Shown piece after piece: positions 20,592 to 31,274 of a DNA stretch of 64,000 nucleotides. The position numbers and the translations under genes were made by a program. Each line of letters begins with the position of its first letter. Within the stretch, counting starts at the first letter, position 1. The DNA is from Rubrivivax sp. (GTDB lineage: Bacteria > Pseudomonadota > Gammaproteobacteria > Burkholderiales > Burkholderiaceae_C): positions 371 to 64,370 of the forward strand of contig JALHMT010000020.1 in assembly GCA_022843905.1 (NCBI GenBank), in the 5' to 3' direction. The notes under the pieces were generated by a model that did no database searches, was not told the origin of the DNA, and saw only the letters and a program-made list of their open reading frames with translations.

Positions 20592-20857
20592 GGGCTGACG
20601 GTCGCCGGGGAGGTCTGTCGCTCGAGCTGTGCCAGCCACTGCAGGGCGTGCACGCGGTCGCTGCCGCACATCTCGGTACTGGCCTGCAGCGATGCGCAGA
20701 CAGCCGGGCGCTCCGGCCGGCCGAACAGGCGGCAGCGCCATTGTTCGTCGAGCTGAGGGCAGGGTTGGCCCGCGGCTTTGCCGTCCGGCAGGCCGGGCAG
20801 GGCAGAGCTGATCGACGGAGCGATGCAGCAGGCGGCACAGCCGGGTCGACAGTCCAT
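20588..20857 (-). CDS. YkgJ-family cysteine cluster protein (YeiW-like)
   Basis: [16 protein letters not shown]...C..L....C.LFG.PERP.VC. Confidence 0.88.
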   Translation of the reverse strand: MDCRPGCAACCIAPSISSALPGLPDGKAAGQPCPQLDEQWRCRLFGRPERPAVCASLQASTEMCGSDRVHALQWLAQLERQTSPATVSP

Positions 20858-20953
20858 GGCTGGATTATCCGGTCGTGCAAGCGTTGCGAGGGGCGAAGCC
20901 TATGGGCGGCATGCAGAGAAACGATGCCGTCGCGCCGGGCGAGCGACAACAAT

Positions 20954-20972
20954 GCAAACAAGAATCATTATT
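20954..20972. promoter_or_regulatory. Fur-box-like operator
   Basis: GCAAACAAGAATCATTATT matches 13/19 of GATAATGATAATCATTATC; AT-rich island in GC-rich DNA. Confidence 0.5.
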
Positions 20973-20983
20973 GAAGGCAGATC

Positions 20984-21205
20984 ATGGCCAAGTCAGCTTC
21001 GTTCGGCGTTCTCCACCTTGGCATTGCCTTTTCGGTGACCTACGTCTTGACCGGCAGCCTGAGTGCGGCGGGCGCCGTGATGCTGGTCGAGCCGCTGGTC
21101 AATACGGTGGCGCATTACTTCTTCGACCGCTGGTGGGGACACCCTGGCCTGAAGGCGCGTTGGGCTCGATGGCGCGGTCAACCCGAGGCGGCTGCCGCCT
21201 CCTAA
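20984..21205 (+). CDS. DUF2061 small membrane protein
   Basis: [18 protein letters not shown]...G....[17 protein letters not shown]. Confidence 0.8.
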   Translation: MAKSASFGVLHLGIAFSVTYVLTGSLSAAGAVMLVEPLVNTVAHYFFDRWWGHPGLKARWARWRGQPEAAAAS

Positions 21206-21269
21206 AATCGTCGATTTGCGCGCAACGGCGATCGGCGCCGGCACCCGCGCGCTTTCACCAGGACCGGCC

Positions 21270-23255
21270 ATGCTGCATCCACAGGAATTCGACGTCATCG
21301 TGGTGGGCGGAGGTCATGCCGGGACGGAAGCGGCGCTGGCCAGCGCGCGCATGGGGTGTGCCACGCTGCTGCTCACCCACAACATCGAGACCCTGGGGCA
21401 GATGAGCTGCAACCCGTCGATCGGCGGCATCGGCAAGGGGCACCTGGTCAAGGAGATCGACGCCCTGGGTGGCGCGATGGCCGCAGCCACCGATGAAGCC
21501 GGCATCCAGTTCCGCATCCTCAACGGCTCCAAGGGGCCGGCGGTGCGGGCCACCCGCGCCCAGGCGGACCGGGTGCTGTATCGGGCCGCGATCCGGCAAC
21601 GTCTGGAGAACCAGCCGAACCTCTGGCTGTTCCAGCAGGCCGTGGACGACCTGATGCTGGAAGGCGACCGGGTGGTGGGTGCCGTCACGCAAGTGGGGGT
21701 GCGCTTTCGCGCTCGGGCGGTGGTGCTGACGGCCGGCACCTTTCTGGACGGACGCATCCATGTGGGACTGCAGAACTACAGCGCCGGTCGGGCAGGCGAT
21801 CCGCCGGCGGTGAGTCTGTCGGCACGGCTGAAGGAGATGAAGCTGCCGCAGGGCCGCCTGAAGACCGGTACGCCGCCGCGCCTGGATGGCCGCAGCATCG
21901 ACTTCGCCCGTCTGCAGGAACAGCCCGGCGATCTCGATCCGGTCCCTGTCTTCAGCTTCATGGGCCGTGCGGAGCAGCACCCGCGCCAGGTGCCTTGCTG
22001 GATCACGCACACCAATGCCGCCACACACGCCATCATCCGCAGCGGCTTCGAGCGCAGCCCCATGTTCACCGGCGTCATCGAAGGCGTCGGGCCGCGCTAC
22101 TGCCCGAGCATCGAGGACAAGGTCAATCGCTTCGCGGACAAGGACTCGCACCAGATCTTCCTGGAGCCCGAGGGCCTCAGCACGCACGAGGTCTACCCGA
22201 ACGGCATCTCGACCTCGCTGCCCTTCGACATCCAGCTCGCGGCCGTGCGCTCCATGGTCGGTCTGGAGCAGGCGCACATCCTGCGGCCGGGCTACGCCAT
22301 CGAATACGACTACTTCGACCCGCGCGAGCTGAAGCCCAGCTTCGAGACCCGTGCGGTACGCGGCCTGTTCTTCGCCGGGCAGATCAACGGCACCACCGGC
22401 TACGAAGAGGCCGGCGCCCAGGGGCTGTTCGCTGGCATGAACGCTGCCCTCCAGGTGACCGATCGCGAGCCCTGGCTGCCCGGTCGAGACCAGGCGTATC
22501 TGGGCGTGCTGGTCGACGATCTCGTGACCAAGGGCGTCACGGAGCCCTATCGAATGTTCACCAGCCGCGCCGAATACCGACTGCAGCTGCGCGAGGACAA
22601 CGCCGACCTGCGGCTGACGGAAGTGGGGCGCCTGCATGGGTTGGTGGACGATCAGCGTTGGGATGCCTTCAACCGCAAGCGCGATCGTTTGGCGGGTGAG
22701 TTGCAGCGCCTGAAGGCCAGTTGGGTCCGGCCCGACACGGTGCCTGCGCCCGACGCAGAGCGCCTGCTCGGCAAGGCGCTGGAGCACGAGTACAGCCTGG
22801 CCGAGTTGTTGCGCCGCCCGGGCGTGGGCTTCGACCAGGTGAGCGAGATCGAGCGCATTGCCCGCGGCGACGAGGTTGTTTCACGTGAAACACGGCGGCG
22901 CGATTGGGGTGCCAGGGAAGCCGATGCACTGATCGAGCAGGTCGAGATCAGCCTGAAATACGCGGGCTACATCGACAAGCAGCAAGAGGACGTGCAGCGC
23001 GCCGCTCACCTGGAGCACCTGCCCTTGCCGGAAGGCCTGGACTACGCAGCGGTGAAAGCCTTGTCCTTCGAAGTACGCCAGAAACTCAGCAAGCACCGTC
23101 CGGCAACCCTGGGGCAGGCGTCGCGCATCTCCGGGGTGACGCCTGCGGCCGTTTCGCTGTTGCTGGTCCACCTCAAGAAGGGGCGCTTCCGGGGGTTCGG
23201 CGGCTCGAGCGACGAGGGCACGGGCACCGAGTCGACGCGCGATGTCACGGTCTGA
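21270..23255 (+). CDS. mnmG: tRNA uridine-5-carboxymethylaminomethyl(34) synthesis enzyme
   Basis: [54 protein letters not shown]. Confidence 0.97.
   Translation: MLHPQEFDVIVVGGGHAGTEAALASARMGCATLLLTHNIETLGQMSCNPSIGGIGKGHLVKEIDALGGAMAAATDEAGIQFRILNGSKGPAVRATRAQADRVLYRAAIRQRLENQPNLWLFQQAVDDLMLEGDRVVGAVTQVGVRFRARAVVLTAGTFLDGRIHVGLQNYSAGRAGDPPAVSLSARLKEMKLPQGRLKTGTPPRLDGRSIDFARLQEQPGDLDPVPVFSFMGRAEQHPRQVPCWITHTNAATHAIIRSGFERSPMFTGVIEGVGPRYCPSIEDKVNRFADKDSHQIFLEPEGLSTHEVYPNGISTSLPFDIQLAAVRSMVGLEQAHILRPGYAIEYDYFDPRELKPSFETRAVRGLFFAGQINGTTGYEEAGAQGLFAGMNAALQVTDREPWLPGRDQAYLGVLVDDLVTKGVTEPYRMFTSRAEYRLQLREDNADLRLTEVGRLHGLVDDQRWDAFNRKRDRLAGELQRLKASWVRPDTVPAPDAERLLGKALEHEYSLAELLRRPGVGFDQVSEIERIARGDEVVSRETRRRDWGAREADALIEQVEISLKYAGYIDKQQEDVQRAAHLEHLPLPEGLDYAAVKALSFEVRQKLSKHRPATLGQASRISGVTPAAVSLLLVHLKKGRFRGFGGSSDEGTGTESTRDVTV
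22877..22892. promoter_or_regulatory. parS site inside mnmG
   Basis: Perfect palindrome TGTTTCACGTGAAACA. Confidence 0.92.
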
Positions 23256-23904
23256 GTTGCCCATCGATGCCGCAATGCTGCGGCAAGGACTCATCGATCT
23301 CGGCCTGGTAGCGAAGGAATCGCAGATTCAGAAGCTGCTGGACTTCACCGCCTTGCTGCAGCGCTGGAACAACACCTACAACCTGACGGCGGTGCGGGAC
23401 GCGCAAGGCATCTTGACGCAGCATCTGCTGGACTGCTTGTCGGTCGTCGCGCCCATCCGGGCGGTGTTGGCGCCTGGCGCGCGGCTGCTCGACGTCGGCA
23501 GTGGGGGCGGCCTCCCGGGTGCGGTGCTGGCCGTGATGCTCGAGGACGTCCACGTGACCTGCATCGACGCTGTGGGCAAGAAGGCCGCGTTCGTGCGCCA
23601 GGTGGCCGGTGCTCTGAGCCTGGGCAACCTTCACGCGGTGCACGGGCGCGTCGAGGCGCTGAAGAGTGGCAAGTTCGATCTCGTCACCTCTCGCGCCTTT
23701 GCGTCCTTGGGCGACTTCGTGCGGCTGACGGCGGAGCAGTTGGCGCCCGGCGGGCAGTGGGCCGCCATGAAAGCACAACGGCCGATGGAAGAGGCTCATG
23801 ACTTGCCGCCGACCGTCGAGATGTTCCACGTGGAACGTCTCTTGGTGCCTGGTCTGGCCGCAGAGCGCTGCCTGGTGTGGATGCGCCCAAGAAGCACCGG
23901 CTGA
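23242..23904 (+). CDS. rsmG: 16S rRNA m7G527 methyltransferase
   Basis: [29 protein letters not shown]. Confidence 0.95.
   Translation: MSRSELPIDAAMLRQGLIDLGLVAKESQIQKLLDFTALLQRWNNTYNLTAVRDAQGILTQHLLDCLSVVAPIRAVLAPGARLLDVGSGGGLPGAVLAVMLEDVHVTCIDAVGKKAAFVRQVAGALSLGNLHAVHGRVEALKSGKFDLVTSRAFASLGDFVRLTAEQLAPGGQWAAMKAQRPMEEAHDLPPTVEMFHVERLLVPGLAAERCLVWMRPRSTG
23822..23837. promoter_or_regulatory. parS site inside rsmG
   Basis: TGTTCCACGTGGAACG, near-perfect parS palindrome. Confidence 0.85.
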
Positions 23905-24063
23905 AATTCGAGCGGCGAGCCGCCGACACCCCGGAGTCCTGCAAATTCTGCGCTACGCTCCCAGCTCGATCCCCGGCGGCGCTCCGCAGCCAGCGGACCC
24001 GAGAAAACAAGCTGGTCTGCACCCGCAAGCGCAAAGGCGGGACAGATCGAGGAGTCCTTGTCC

Positions 24064-24675
24064 ATGTTCGGCATCGCCGACTACGGCGCTTTCTGCGCCG
24101 CTATCGTCGTGTTCCTCGCCCTCCCGGGCCCGGGCACCTTCGCCCTGCTGACCTCTACCGCCAAGGGCGGCTTTCGTGCCGGTGCTGCAGCCTGCGGCGG
24201 CATCATCGCCGGCGACCAGGTGCTGATGTGGCTGGCCGTGGCCGGCGTCGCGGCCTTGCTCGTGGCCCACCCCGTGCTGTTCCAGTCGGTGCAGTACCTC
24301 GGGGCCGCCTACCTGGCCTGGATCGGGCTCAAGCTGATCTTCGCCAAGCCCGGCGATGCCTCACCCATCCGCATCGAACCGCGCCAGTACGCGCGCCAGG
24401 CCTTCTTCATCACCTTGCTCAACCCGAAGGCCATCGTCTTCTACATGGCCTTCTTTCCGCTCTTTATCGATCCCGCCCAGCATCGCGGTGCCGTCACCTT
24501 CCTGGCCATGGGGGTCACCATCGCCGTCATCACCGCGGTGTACTGCCTGCTGCTGTGCGCTTTCGCCCAGGCGGTGAGTGATCGCGTGAAGGCCAACCAG
24601 CGACTGGCCCGTCTGCTGGAGCGCCTGGCGGGCGTCTTTCTCGTCGGTTTCGGACTTCGCCTGGGCATCCAATGA
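24064..24675 (+). CDS. LysE/RhtB-family amino acid exporter (LeuE-like)
   Basis: LPGPG, YLGAAYL.W.G, LLNPKAIVF. Confidence 0.88.
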   Translation: MFGIADYGAFCAAIVVFLALPGPGTFALLTSTAKGGFRAGAAACGGIIAGDQVLMWLAVAGVAALLVAHPVLFQSVQYLGAAYLAWIGLKLIFAKPGDASPIRIEPRQYARQAFFITLLNPKAIVFYMAFFPLFIDPAQHRGAVTFLAMGVTIAVITAVYCLLLCAFAQAVSDRVKANQRLARLLERLAGVFLVGFGLRLGIQ

Positions 24676-25457
24676 AGAAGCCCCCCAGGATCTTCTGCAT
24701 CGCCAACCAGAAGGGTGGGGTCGGCAAGACCACCACCACCGTCAACCTGGCCGCCGGCCTGGCCCAGGTCGGACAGCGCGTGCTGGTGGTCGACCTCGAC
24801 CCCCAGGGCAATGCCACCATGGGGTCCGGCGTGGACAAGCGCGCCTTGCCGCTCACCGTCTACGACGTGCTGCTCGAGTCGTCCACCATCGCCGAGGTGC
24901 GCCAACGCAGTCCCAAGGGAGGCTACGACGTGCTGGGCGCCAACCGCGAACTGGCCGGGGCCGAGGTCGAACTGGTTGAGTTGGACCACCGCGAAAGGCG
25001 CTTGAAGCGGGCCCTCGAAGCCGTGGCAGACGACTACGACTTCGTGCTCATCGACTGCCCGCCGTCGCTGAGCCTGCTGACCCTCAACGGCCTGTGCTCG
25101 GCACACGGCGTGGTGGTGCCCATGCAGTGCGAGTACTTCGCCCTGGAAGGCCTGTCGGACCTGGTCAACACCATCAAGCAGGTGCACGCCAACCTCAATC
25201 CGGAGCTGCAGATCATCGGCCTGCTGCGCGTGATGTTCGACCCGCGCGTCACGCTGCAGCAGCAGGTCAGCGAGCAACTCAAGGCGCACTTCGGCAGCAA
25301 GGTGTTCAATACCGTGATTCCGCGCAACGTGCGCCTGGCCGAGGCGCCCAGCTACGGACAGCCCGGCGTCGTGTTCGACCCGTCGTCCAAGGGTGCCCAG
25401 GCCTTTGTCGAATTCGCTCGCGAGATGGTGCAGCGCCTGGGCCCCCCTTCGTCATGA
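24672..25457 (+). CDS. parA: Chromosome partitioning ATPase
   Basis: NQKGGVGKTT, DLDPQGN, IDCPPSL, IPRNVRLAEAPS. Confidence 0.95.
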   Translation: MKKPPRIFCIANQKGGVGKTTTTVNLAAGLAQVGQRVLVVDLDPQGNATMGSGVDKRALPLTVYDVLLESSTIAEVRQRSPKGGYDVLGANRELAGAEVELVELDHRERRLKRALEAVADDYDFVLIDCPPSLSLLTLNGLCSAHGVVVPMQCEYFALEGLSDLVNTIKQVHANLNPELQIIGLLRVMFDPRVTLQQQVSEQLKAHFGSKVFNTVIPRNVRLAEAPSYGQPGVVFDPSSKGAQAFVEFAREMVQRLGPPSS

Positions 25458-26224
25458 GCGAGGCCTTGCTGTCGCGCATCGAAGACGCCGGCATCAACGC
25501 CAGTGCACCGCGGCAGCAACTCTGGATGGACGGCTGGCTGCTGCGTTTTTCACCCGGCAAGGCCAAGCGAGCCCGCTGCATCAACGCCGTGGCTGCGGGC
25601 AGACTCCCGCTGGAAGAGAAGCTCCGCCGCGCCCAGGCCGTCTTCGACCAGGCCGGACTGCCCCTGGTGGTGCGCGTCACGCCCTTCAGCCTGCCCGCCG
25701 AACTCGACCGCCATCTGGCCGGCATCGGCCTTCAGGTGATGGACGATACGCGCGTGATGGTCGGCGCGTTGACCGGGCTCGACACCGTTGCCGATCCCTT
25801 GCCCGAGGCTTGTTCGCTCCGGCCTGCCGAGGCGCACGACTACGCCGAAATCATCGGCCGTCTGCGGGCGTCGCCCGAAGGCCAGCGCCGTGCCCACGCA
25901 GAGCGCCTGTCGGCTTCACCGGTGGCTTACCAAGGATGGCTGCTGCAGCAAGGCGACCGCACGCTGGCCTGCGGGCAGTACGCCCGCGAGGGCGACCTGG
26001 TCGGCCTCTACGATGTGTTCACCGACCCGGCCGAGCGCGGCCGCGGCCTGGCGGCGCTGCTTTGCCGACATCTCCTGCGTGAAGCCGCAGGGCAGGGCGC
26101 CCGTACAGCCTACCTGCAGGTCGACGCCGCCAACGCGCCCGCGCGCAAGGTCTATCAGCGGCTGGGCTTTACCGACGCCTACGCCTACCACTACCGGACC
26201 GCCGACCCGGCAGCAGCAGGCTGA
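25454..26224 (+). CDS. GNAT-family N-acetyltransferase
   Basis: GWLLRFSPGKAKRA; ERGRGLA motif A; YLQVDAAN..A..VY.RLGF. Confidence 0.85.
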   Translation: MSEALLSRIEDAGINASAPRQQLWMDGWLLRFSPGKAKRARCINAVAAGRLPLEEKLRRAQAVFDQAGLPLVVRVTPFSLPAELDRHLAGIGLQVMDDTRVMVGALTGLDTVADPLPEACSLRPAEAHDYAEIIGRLRASPEGQRRAHAERLSASPVAYQGWLLQQGDRTLACGQYAREGDLVGLYDVFTDPAERGRGLAALLCRHLLREAAGQGARTAYLQVDAANAPARKVYQRLGFTDAYAYHYRTADPAAAG

Positions 26225-26261
26225 CGCAGGTCCGGGCGGCGCACGCCGCCCCAGGCGAAGC

Positions 26262-27203
26262 CTACAGCCCCAGCCCTTCGTCGACGCCCAGGTGAACGTT
26301 CATGGACTGCACCGCAGCGCCGCTGGCGCCCTTGCCCAGATTGTCCAGCCGCGCCATCAGCAGCACCTGCCGGTCATTCGCGAACACGAAGATGTCGACC
26401 CGGTTGGTGTCGTTGCAGGCCTGCACGTCGAAGAACCCGTCTTCAAGAGTCGCCGGATCGCGCAATGGCATCACGCGGACAAAGCGCTCACCGTCGTAGT
26501 GACCGGCCAGTGCAGTGTGCACTGACTCCGCCGATGAGCCTTTGGCCAACTGGCTCAGGTGCAGCGGCACCGACACCGCCAGCCCCTTGTAGAAGTTGCT
26601 GACGACCGGCTGGAAGAGCGGCGCCACCGTCAGCCCGGTGTGCGCCATCATCTCGGGCACGTGTTTGTGGGCCAGCGTCAAGCCATAGGGACGCGGCGAA
26701 GCCAGTGCCGGCTCACGGCCCGCCTCGTACTGCTCGATCATCTTCTTGCCGCCACCGGAAAAGCCGGTGATGGAGCCGGCGCTGACCGGCAGCGACGCCG
26801 GCACCAGGCCGGCGTCCACCAGCGGACGAAGCAGCAGGATGAAGGCGCTGGCGTGGCAGCCCGGGTTGGCGATGCGCTTGCTCTGGCGGATGCGCTCGCG
26901 CTGGCCCGGCGCCAGCTCCGGCAGGCCGAAGACCCAGTCCGGCAGCGTGCGGTGGGCTGTGCTGGCGTCGATCAGGCAGGTCTTGGGGTTGGTCACCATG
27001 GCCGCTGCCTCGCGCGCGGCGGCATCGGGCAGGCACAGGAACGCAACATCTGCGGCGTTGAGCAGGCGTGCGCGCTCGGCGGCGTCCTTGCGGTGCTCGG
27101 GGGCAATGCGCAACACTTCGATGTCGCGACGTTGCGCGAGGTACTCGTGGATGCGAAGGCCGGTGGTGCCTTCCTGGCCGTCGACGAAGGCGGTGAATCC
27201 CAT
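26262..27203 (-). CDS. argC: N-acetyl-gamma-glutamyl-phosphate reductase (type 2)
   Basis: [34 protein letters not shown]. Confidence 0.95.
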   Translation of the reverse strand: MGFTAFVDGQEGTTGLRIHEYLAQRRDIEVLRIAPEHRKDAAERARLLNAADVAFLCLPDAAAREAAAMVTNPKTCLIDASTAHRTLPDWVFGLPELAPGQRERIRQSKRIANPGCHASAFILLLRPLVDAGLVPASLPVSAGSITGFSGGGKKMIEQYEAGREPALASPRPYGLTLAHKHVPEMMAHTGLTVAPLFQPVVSNFYKGLAVSVPLHLSQLAKGSSAESVHTALAGHYDGERFVRVMPLRDPATLEDGFFDVQACNDTNRVDIFVFANDRQVLLMARLDNLGKGASGAAVQSMNVHLGVDEGLGL

Positions 27204-27281
27204 AAGCTGCCCCTGGCGCCGGTGGGCGCGGTTTCAATGAGCGTTCTGGTGGAACGCGGTCGACAAGCATAAGGCAAGCCC

Positions 27282-27836
27282 ATGGCCCAGACCTGCCGAG
27301 TCCTGTTGTTGCCCGGATGGCTCGACTCCGGCGCCGATCATTGGCAGACCCTCTGGGAAAGACAGCTCGGCTGGCATCGCGTCCAGCAGAGCGACTGGCT
27401 CTGGCCGCGGCGCGGCGACTGGATGGCGCGCCTGGACGAGGTGCTGCTCGAAGCCGAAACCCCCGCCGTGCTGGCGGCCCACAGCCTGGGCTGCCAGCTC
27501 GTGGCCGCCTGGGCGGCACATTCGAAGCACACATCGCGCGTGCGCGGCGCGCTGCTGGTGGCGCCGCCCGACGTCGAGCGCGAGGGTGGGCCACCGCAGA
27601 TCGCCACCTGGCGCCCCATCGTGCGGCAGCGGCTGCCCTTTCCCTCGCTGGTGGTCTACAGCGAAGATGATCCCTACGCGGCTGTCGACCGCGTTCTGGC
27701 CATGGCAGCCGACTGGGGCTCCACGGCACGATCGGCCGGCCGGCGTGGTCACCTCAACGGTGAATCGGGACTCGCCGACTGGCCCGAGGCGCAGGACTGG
27801 CTGGCCGAGCTGGCGGCCCCGGTGCCACTGGCGTGA
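27282..27836 (+). CDS. RBBP9/YdeN-family serine hydrolase
   Basis: PGW..SG..HWQ, AHSLGC, DDPY, GHLN. Confidence 0.9.
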   Translation: MAQTCRVLLLPGWLDSGADHWQTLWERQLGWHRVQQSDWLWPRRGDWMARLDEVLLEAETPAVLAAHSLGCQLVAAWAAHSKHTSRVRGALLVAPPDVEREGGPPQIATWRPIVRQRLPFPSLVVYSEDDPYAAVDRVLAMAADWGSTARSAGRRGHLNGESGLADWPEAQDWLAELAAPVPLA

Positions 27837-28372
27837 AGACCGCCGGCCGAGCGCTGCTGATCGGCGCCGCGCTGAGCATCTTGGGCTGGGGCCTGCACCG
27901 CGCGGGCGCCGGCTTGCCCCTGCTGATCGCGGCGCTCGCCATCGGGCTGCTGCTGAGCTGGGTGCTGCCGCAGCTGGGCCTGCGTGTGCTCGACCGGCTG
28001 GGGCTGGCGCTGCGCGCCGCGAAATGGCACCGCGAGGAGGGCCGCCACCATGCCTTCGGCAGCACGCACCTGCACATCCACGACGACGGACGCCACAGCT
28101 GGATGACGGCCGACGACCTGCGCCACCTGCTGCAGCTGCGCGACAGCGACGACGTCATCGCGGCGCGGCTGTCGGGGCGCTGGCGCCGCGATGGCCGCGG
28201 CACGCTGCTGCTGCGCGTCGACGCGGTGTCGAACTACCTCGCCCAGGCGCCAGGCCGCATGGAGCCGCGCACGGTGCGCCTGCGCCGCTATCTCGACGAG
28301 GCCGTGCTGTTCCCGGCCGCGCAGCGACGCCGCCGCAGCCTGCCCCCCGATCGCGTCGACCGGCCGGAATGA
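27833..28372 (+). CDS. Hypothetical membrane-anchored protein
   Basis: GTG overlaps the upstream stop; two N-terminal TM helices and a soluble C-terminal domain. Confidence 0.6.
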   Translation: MKTAGRALLIGAALSILGWGLHRAGAGLPLLIAALAIGLLLSWVLPQLGLRVLDRLGLALRAAKWHREEGRHHAFGSTHLHIHDDGRHSWMTADDLRHLLQLRDSDDVIAARLSGRWRRDGRGTLLLRVDAVSNYLAQAPGRMEPRTVRLRRYLDEAVLFPAAQRRRRSLPPDRVDRPE

Positions 28373-28406
28373 ACGGCCCGGACCGACACTCGGTGACAAT
28401 GTCCGC

Positions 28407-29300
28407 ATGGTGACCAAACGACCCAAGGGCCTGGGGCTCGGCCTGGAAGCGCTGCTCGGCCCAAAGGTGAGCGATGCACCGGCAGCGTCCAGCGGCGAAC
28501 CCCACACGCTGAAGCTGACGCAGCTGCAGGCCGGCAAGTACCAGCCGCGCACGCGCATGGACGAGGGTTCGCTGTACGAGCTGGCCGAGAGCATCAAGAG
28601 CCAGGGCGTGATGCAGCCCATCCTCGTGCGTCCTGTGGGCCCGGGGCGCTACGAGATCATCGCGGGCGAACGCCGCTTCCGCGCCGCTCAGCTGGCCGGC
28701 CTGGACAACGTGCCGGTGCTGGTGCGCCCGGTGCCCGACGAAGCGGCCGCCGTGATGGCGCTGATCGAAAACATCCAGCGCGAAGACCTCAACCCGCTGG
28801 AAGAGGCGCAGGGTCTGCAGCGCCTGGTCAGCGAGTTCGCCCTGACCCATGAACAGGCGGCGCAGGCCGTGGGCCGCTCGCGCAGCGCCGCCAGCAACCT
28901 GCTGCGTCTGCTGCAGCTGGCCGAGCCGGTGCAGCAGATGCTGCTGGCCGGCGACCTCGACATGGGGCACGCGCGCGCCTTGCTGCCGCTGCCGGCGGCG
29001 CAGCAGGTGATGTCGGCGCAGGAGATCGCGTCGAAGAAGCTCAGCGTGCGCGAAGCCGAGAAGATCGTCGCGCGCCACCTGGCGCAGGGCCGGCAGTCGC
29101 CGCTGCTGCGCGCGCCTGCCGAGAAGTCGCGCGACATCCTGCGTCTGGAAGAGAAGCTGGCCGATGCACTCACGGCCGAGGTCGAGATCCGCGTGCAGCG
29201 CCGCACCAAGCGCGGCGAGCAGGGCGAGGTGGCCATCCGCTTCGGCTCGCTCGAGGAGCTGGGCGGCCTGCTGCACAAGCTGGGCCTGGAGGAAGAGTGA
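28407..29300 (+). CDS. parB: Chromosome partitioning protein
   Basis: KGLGLGLEALL, YQPR, IAGERRFRA, ENIQREDLN, HTH. Confidence 0.95.
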   Translation: MVTKRPKGLGLGLEALLGPKVSDAPAASSGEPHTLKLTQLQAGKYQPRTRMDEGSLYELAESIKSQGVMQPILVRPVGPGRYEIIAGERRFRAAQLAGLDNVPVLVRPVPDEAAAVMALIENIQREDLNPLEEAQGLQRLVSEFALTHEQAAQAVGRSRSAASNLLRLLQLAEPVQQMLLAGDLDMGHARALLPLPAAQQVMSAQEIASKKLSVREAEKIVARHLAQGRQSPLLRAPAEKSRDILRLEEKLADALTAEVEIRVQRRTKRGEQGEVAIRFGSLEELGGLLHKLGLEEE

Positions 29301-30106
29301 TGGGCGTGCTGGACCTGCAGATCGACGACGGCGTGGCCACGCTGACGATGAACCGCCCGGACGCCAAGAACGCGCTCAGCGCCGACATGCGGAGCGCCTT
29401 CGCCGAGACCGTGCCCGCACTCGCGGCCGATGCCGGCGTGCGTGCGCTGGTGCTGACCGGTGCGGGGGGCGCCTTCTGTGCCGGCGGTGATCTGCGCGCC
29501 ATGGCCGAGCTGCGCAGCGGCATGACCCTGGCCGGCTGGCGCGAGCGCATGCGCGAGGTGCAGCCCTGGCTGCGCACGCTGATCCAGTTCGACCGCCCGG
29601 TGATCGCCGCCGTCGACGGTGCCGCGTTCGGCGCAGGCTTCAGCCTCGCGCTGCTGGCCGACTTCGTCATCGCCAGCCCGCGCGCGCGCTTCTGCATGTC
29701 CTTCATGCGCGTCGGGCTCGGCCCGGACTTCGGTGCCATGTACACCTTGCCGCGTGTGGTGGGCGTGCAGCGCGCCAAGGAACTGATGCTGTCGGCGCGC
29801 GAGGTCGACGCCGACGAGGCGCTGAAGCTGGGTATCGCGATGGAAGTCGTGCCCGTCGACCGCCTGCTGCCGCGGGCCACGGCGCTGGCGCGCAGCTTCA
29901 CCGGTGCGTCGCCCCTGGCGGTGAGCTTCGTGAAGCAGGACGTGGCGATGTCGCTCGGTGCCGACCTGGAGGCCCTGTTTTCCCGGGAAACCGACCACCA
30001 GGCGATGTGCTTCACCACGACGGCGCACGAACAGGCGGTGCAGCGTTTCCTGGCCAAGCAGCCGGCGGCTTTCCGCTGGCCGGGCAAGGACGGCGACGCG
30101 GCCTGA
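29300..30106 (+). CDS. Enoyl-CoA hydratase/isomerase family protein
   Basis: NRPDAKNAL, AFCAGGD, AAVDG.A.GAG, GLGPDFG. Confidence 0.9.
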   Translation: MGVLDLQIDDGVATLTMNRPDAKNALSADMRSAFAETVPALAADAGVRALVLTGAGGAFCAGGDLRAMAELRSGMTLAGWRERMREVQPWLRTLIQFDRPVIAAVDGAAFGAGFSLALLADFVIASPRARFCMSFMRVGLGPDFGAMYTLPRVVGVQRAKELMLSAREVDADEALKLGIAMEVVPVDRLLPRATALARSFTGASPLAVSFVKQDVAMSLGADLEALFSRETDHQAMCFTTTAHEQAVQRFLAKQPAAFRWPGKDGDAA

Positions 30107-30302
30107 TCGACGGGCCGATGGGCCGGTGGGCGCGCACTGCCGGCCTGCCGCCGGTGTGAGGCGGGGGCCGGCAGCCGAGGCTGGGCGCTGCGGCCTTGAC
30201 CCCACGCAACGCCATGGGATTGCGCGGGGCTCCCGCTGCGCCCTCGCGCGCACGCCATCATCGCGACCACTCAGTTCAGCACCAAAACCGGAAAGTATTC
30301 TG

Positions 30303-31274
30303 ATGCTCAATCGCCGACAGATCCTTGCCGCCGGCCTCGCCGCGCCCGTCGCCTACGCTGTAGGGTCCTTCGTGCCCGTGTGGGCGCAGAGCGCCCCCAA
30401 CTTCGGCACCCCCACGCTGCCCACCCCGGGCTTTCGCAAGATGAAGGTGGGTGACGCCGAAGTCATCTCGCTGATCGACGGCATCGCACGTCGGCCCCTG
30501 GGCGAAGAGTTCGTGAAGAACGCGCCGCTGGCCGAAGTGCGCGCCCTGCTGGCCTCGCAGGGGCTACCCACCGACTACATCGACGTGCCCTTCACGCCTT
30601 TCCTGGCCGTGGTGGGCAACCGCCGCATCCTGATGGACACCGGCATGGGCGAGTTCGGCGGCCCCACCACGGGCAAGCTGCTGGAGCAGCTGCGCGCCGC
30701 GGGTTTCCAGCCTGCCGACATCGACACCGTGCTCATCACGCACTATCACGGTGACCACATCAATGGCCTGCGCAACAAGGCCGGCGAGTATGTATTTCCC
30801 AAGGCCAAGGTGATGGTGCCCGCCCCCGAGCACGCCTTCTGGATGGACGACGCGAAGATGGCCGCCGCTCCCGCCGGCATGAAGGGCGCGTTCGACAACG
30901 TGCGTCGCACCTTCGCCCAGATGCCCGCCGACATGCTGGTGCGCTTCGAGCCGGGCAGCGACGTGCTGCCGGGCATCCGCTCGGTGGCCGCCTTCGGCCA
31001 CACGCCGGGCCACACGCTGTTCGAGCTGACATCGGCCGGGCAGACCTTCGCCTACCTGGCCGACCTCACCAACGTGCCGGCCCTGTTCGCGCGCAACCCC
31101 GACTGGGCGGTGGCCTTCGACATGGACGCCGAAGCGGCGCGCCGCGTGCGGCGTGCCACCTTCGAACGCATCGTCGCCGGCAACATGATGGTCGGCGGCT
31201 TCCACTTCCCGTTCCCGGCCTTCGGCCGTGCCGTCGCGTCGGGCAACGGCTATGCCTTCCAGCCCGCCACCTGA
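30303..31274 (+). CDS. Tat-exported MBL-fold metallohydrolase
   Basis: LNRRQIL Tat motif, THYHGDH, GHTPGH, GFHFPFP. Confidence 0.88.
   Translation: MLNRRQILAAGLAAPVAYAVGSFVPVWAQSAPNFGTPTLPTPGFRKMKVGDAEVISLIDGIARRPLGEEFVKNAPLAEVRALLASQGLPTDYIDVPFTPFLAVVGNRRILMDTGMGEFGGPTTGKLLEQLRAAGFQPADIDTVLITHYHGDHINGLRNKAGEYVFPKAKVMVPAPEHAFWMDDAKMAAAPAGMKGAFDNVRRTFAQMPADMLVRFEPGSDVLPGIRSVAAFGHTPGHTLFELTSAGQTFAYLADLTNVPALFARNPDWAVAFDMDAEAARRVRRATFERIVAGNMMVGGFHFPFPAFGRAVASGNGYAFQPAT

Noticed and set aside
20860-21270. oriC upstream of mnmG
   Set aside because: No cluster of TTATCCACA DnaA boxes or AT-rich unwinding repeats visible.
30303-31274. MBL hydrolase as AHL lactonase linked to the LuxR solo
   Set aside because: HxHxDH is generic to the fold; there is no linkage or specific signature.
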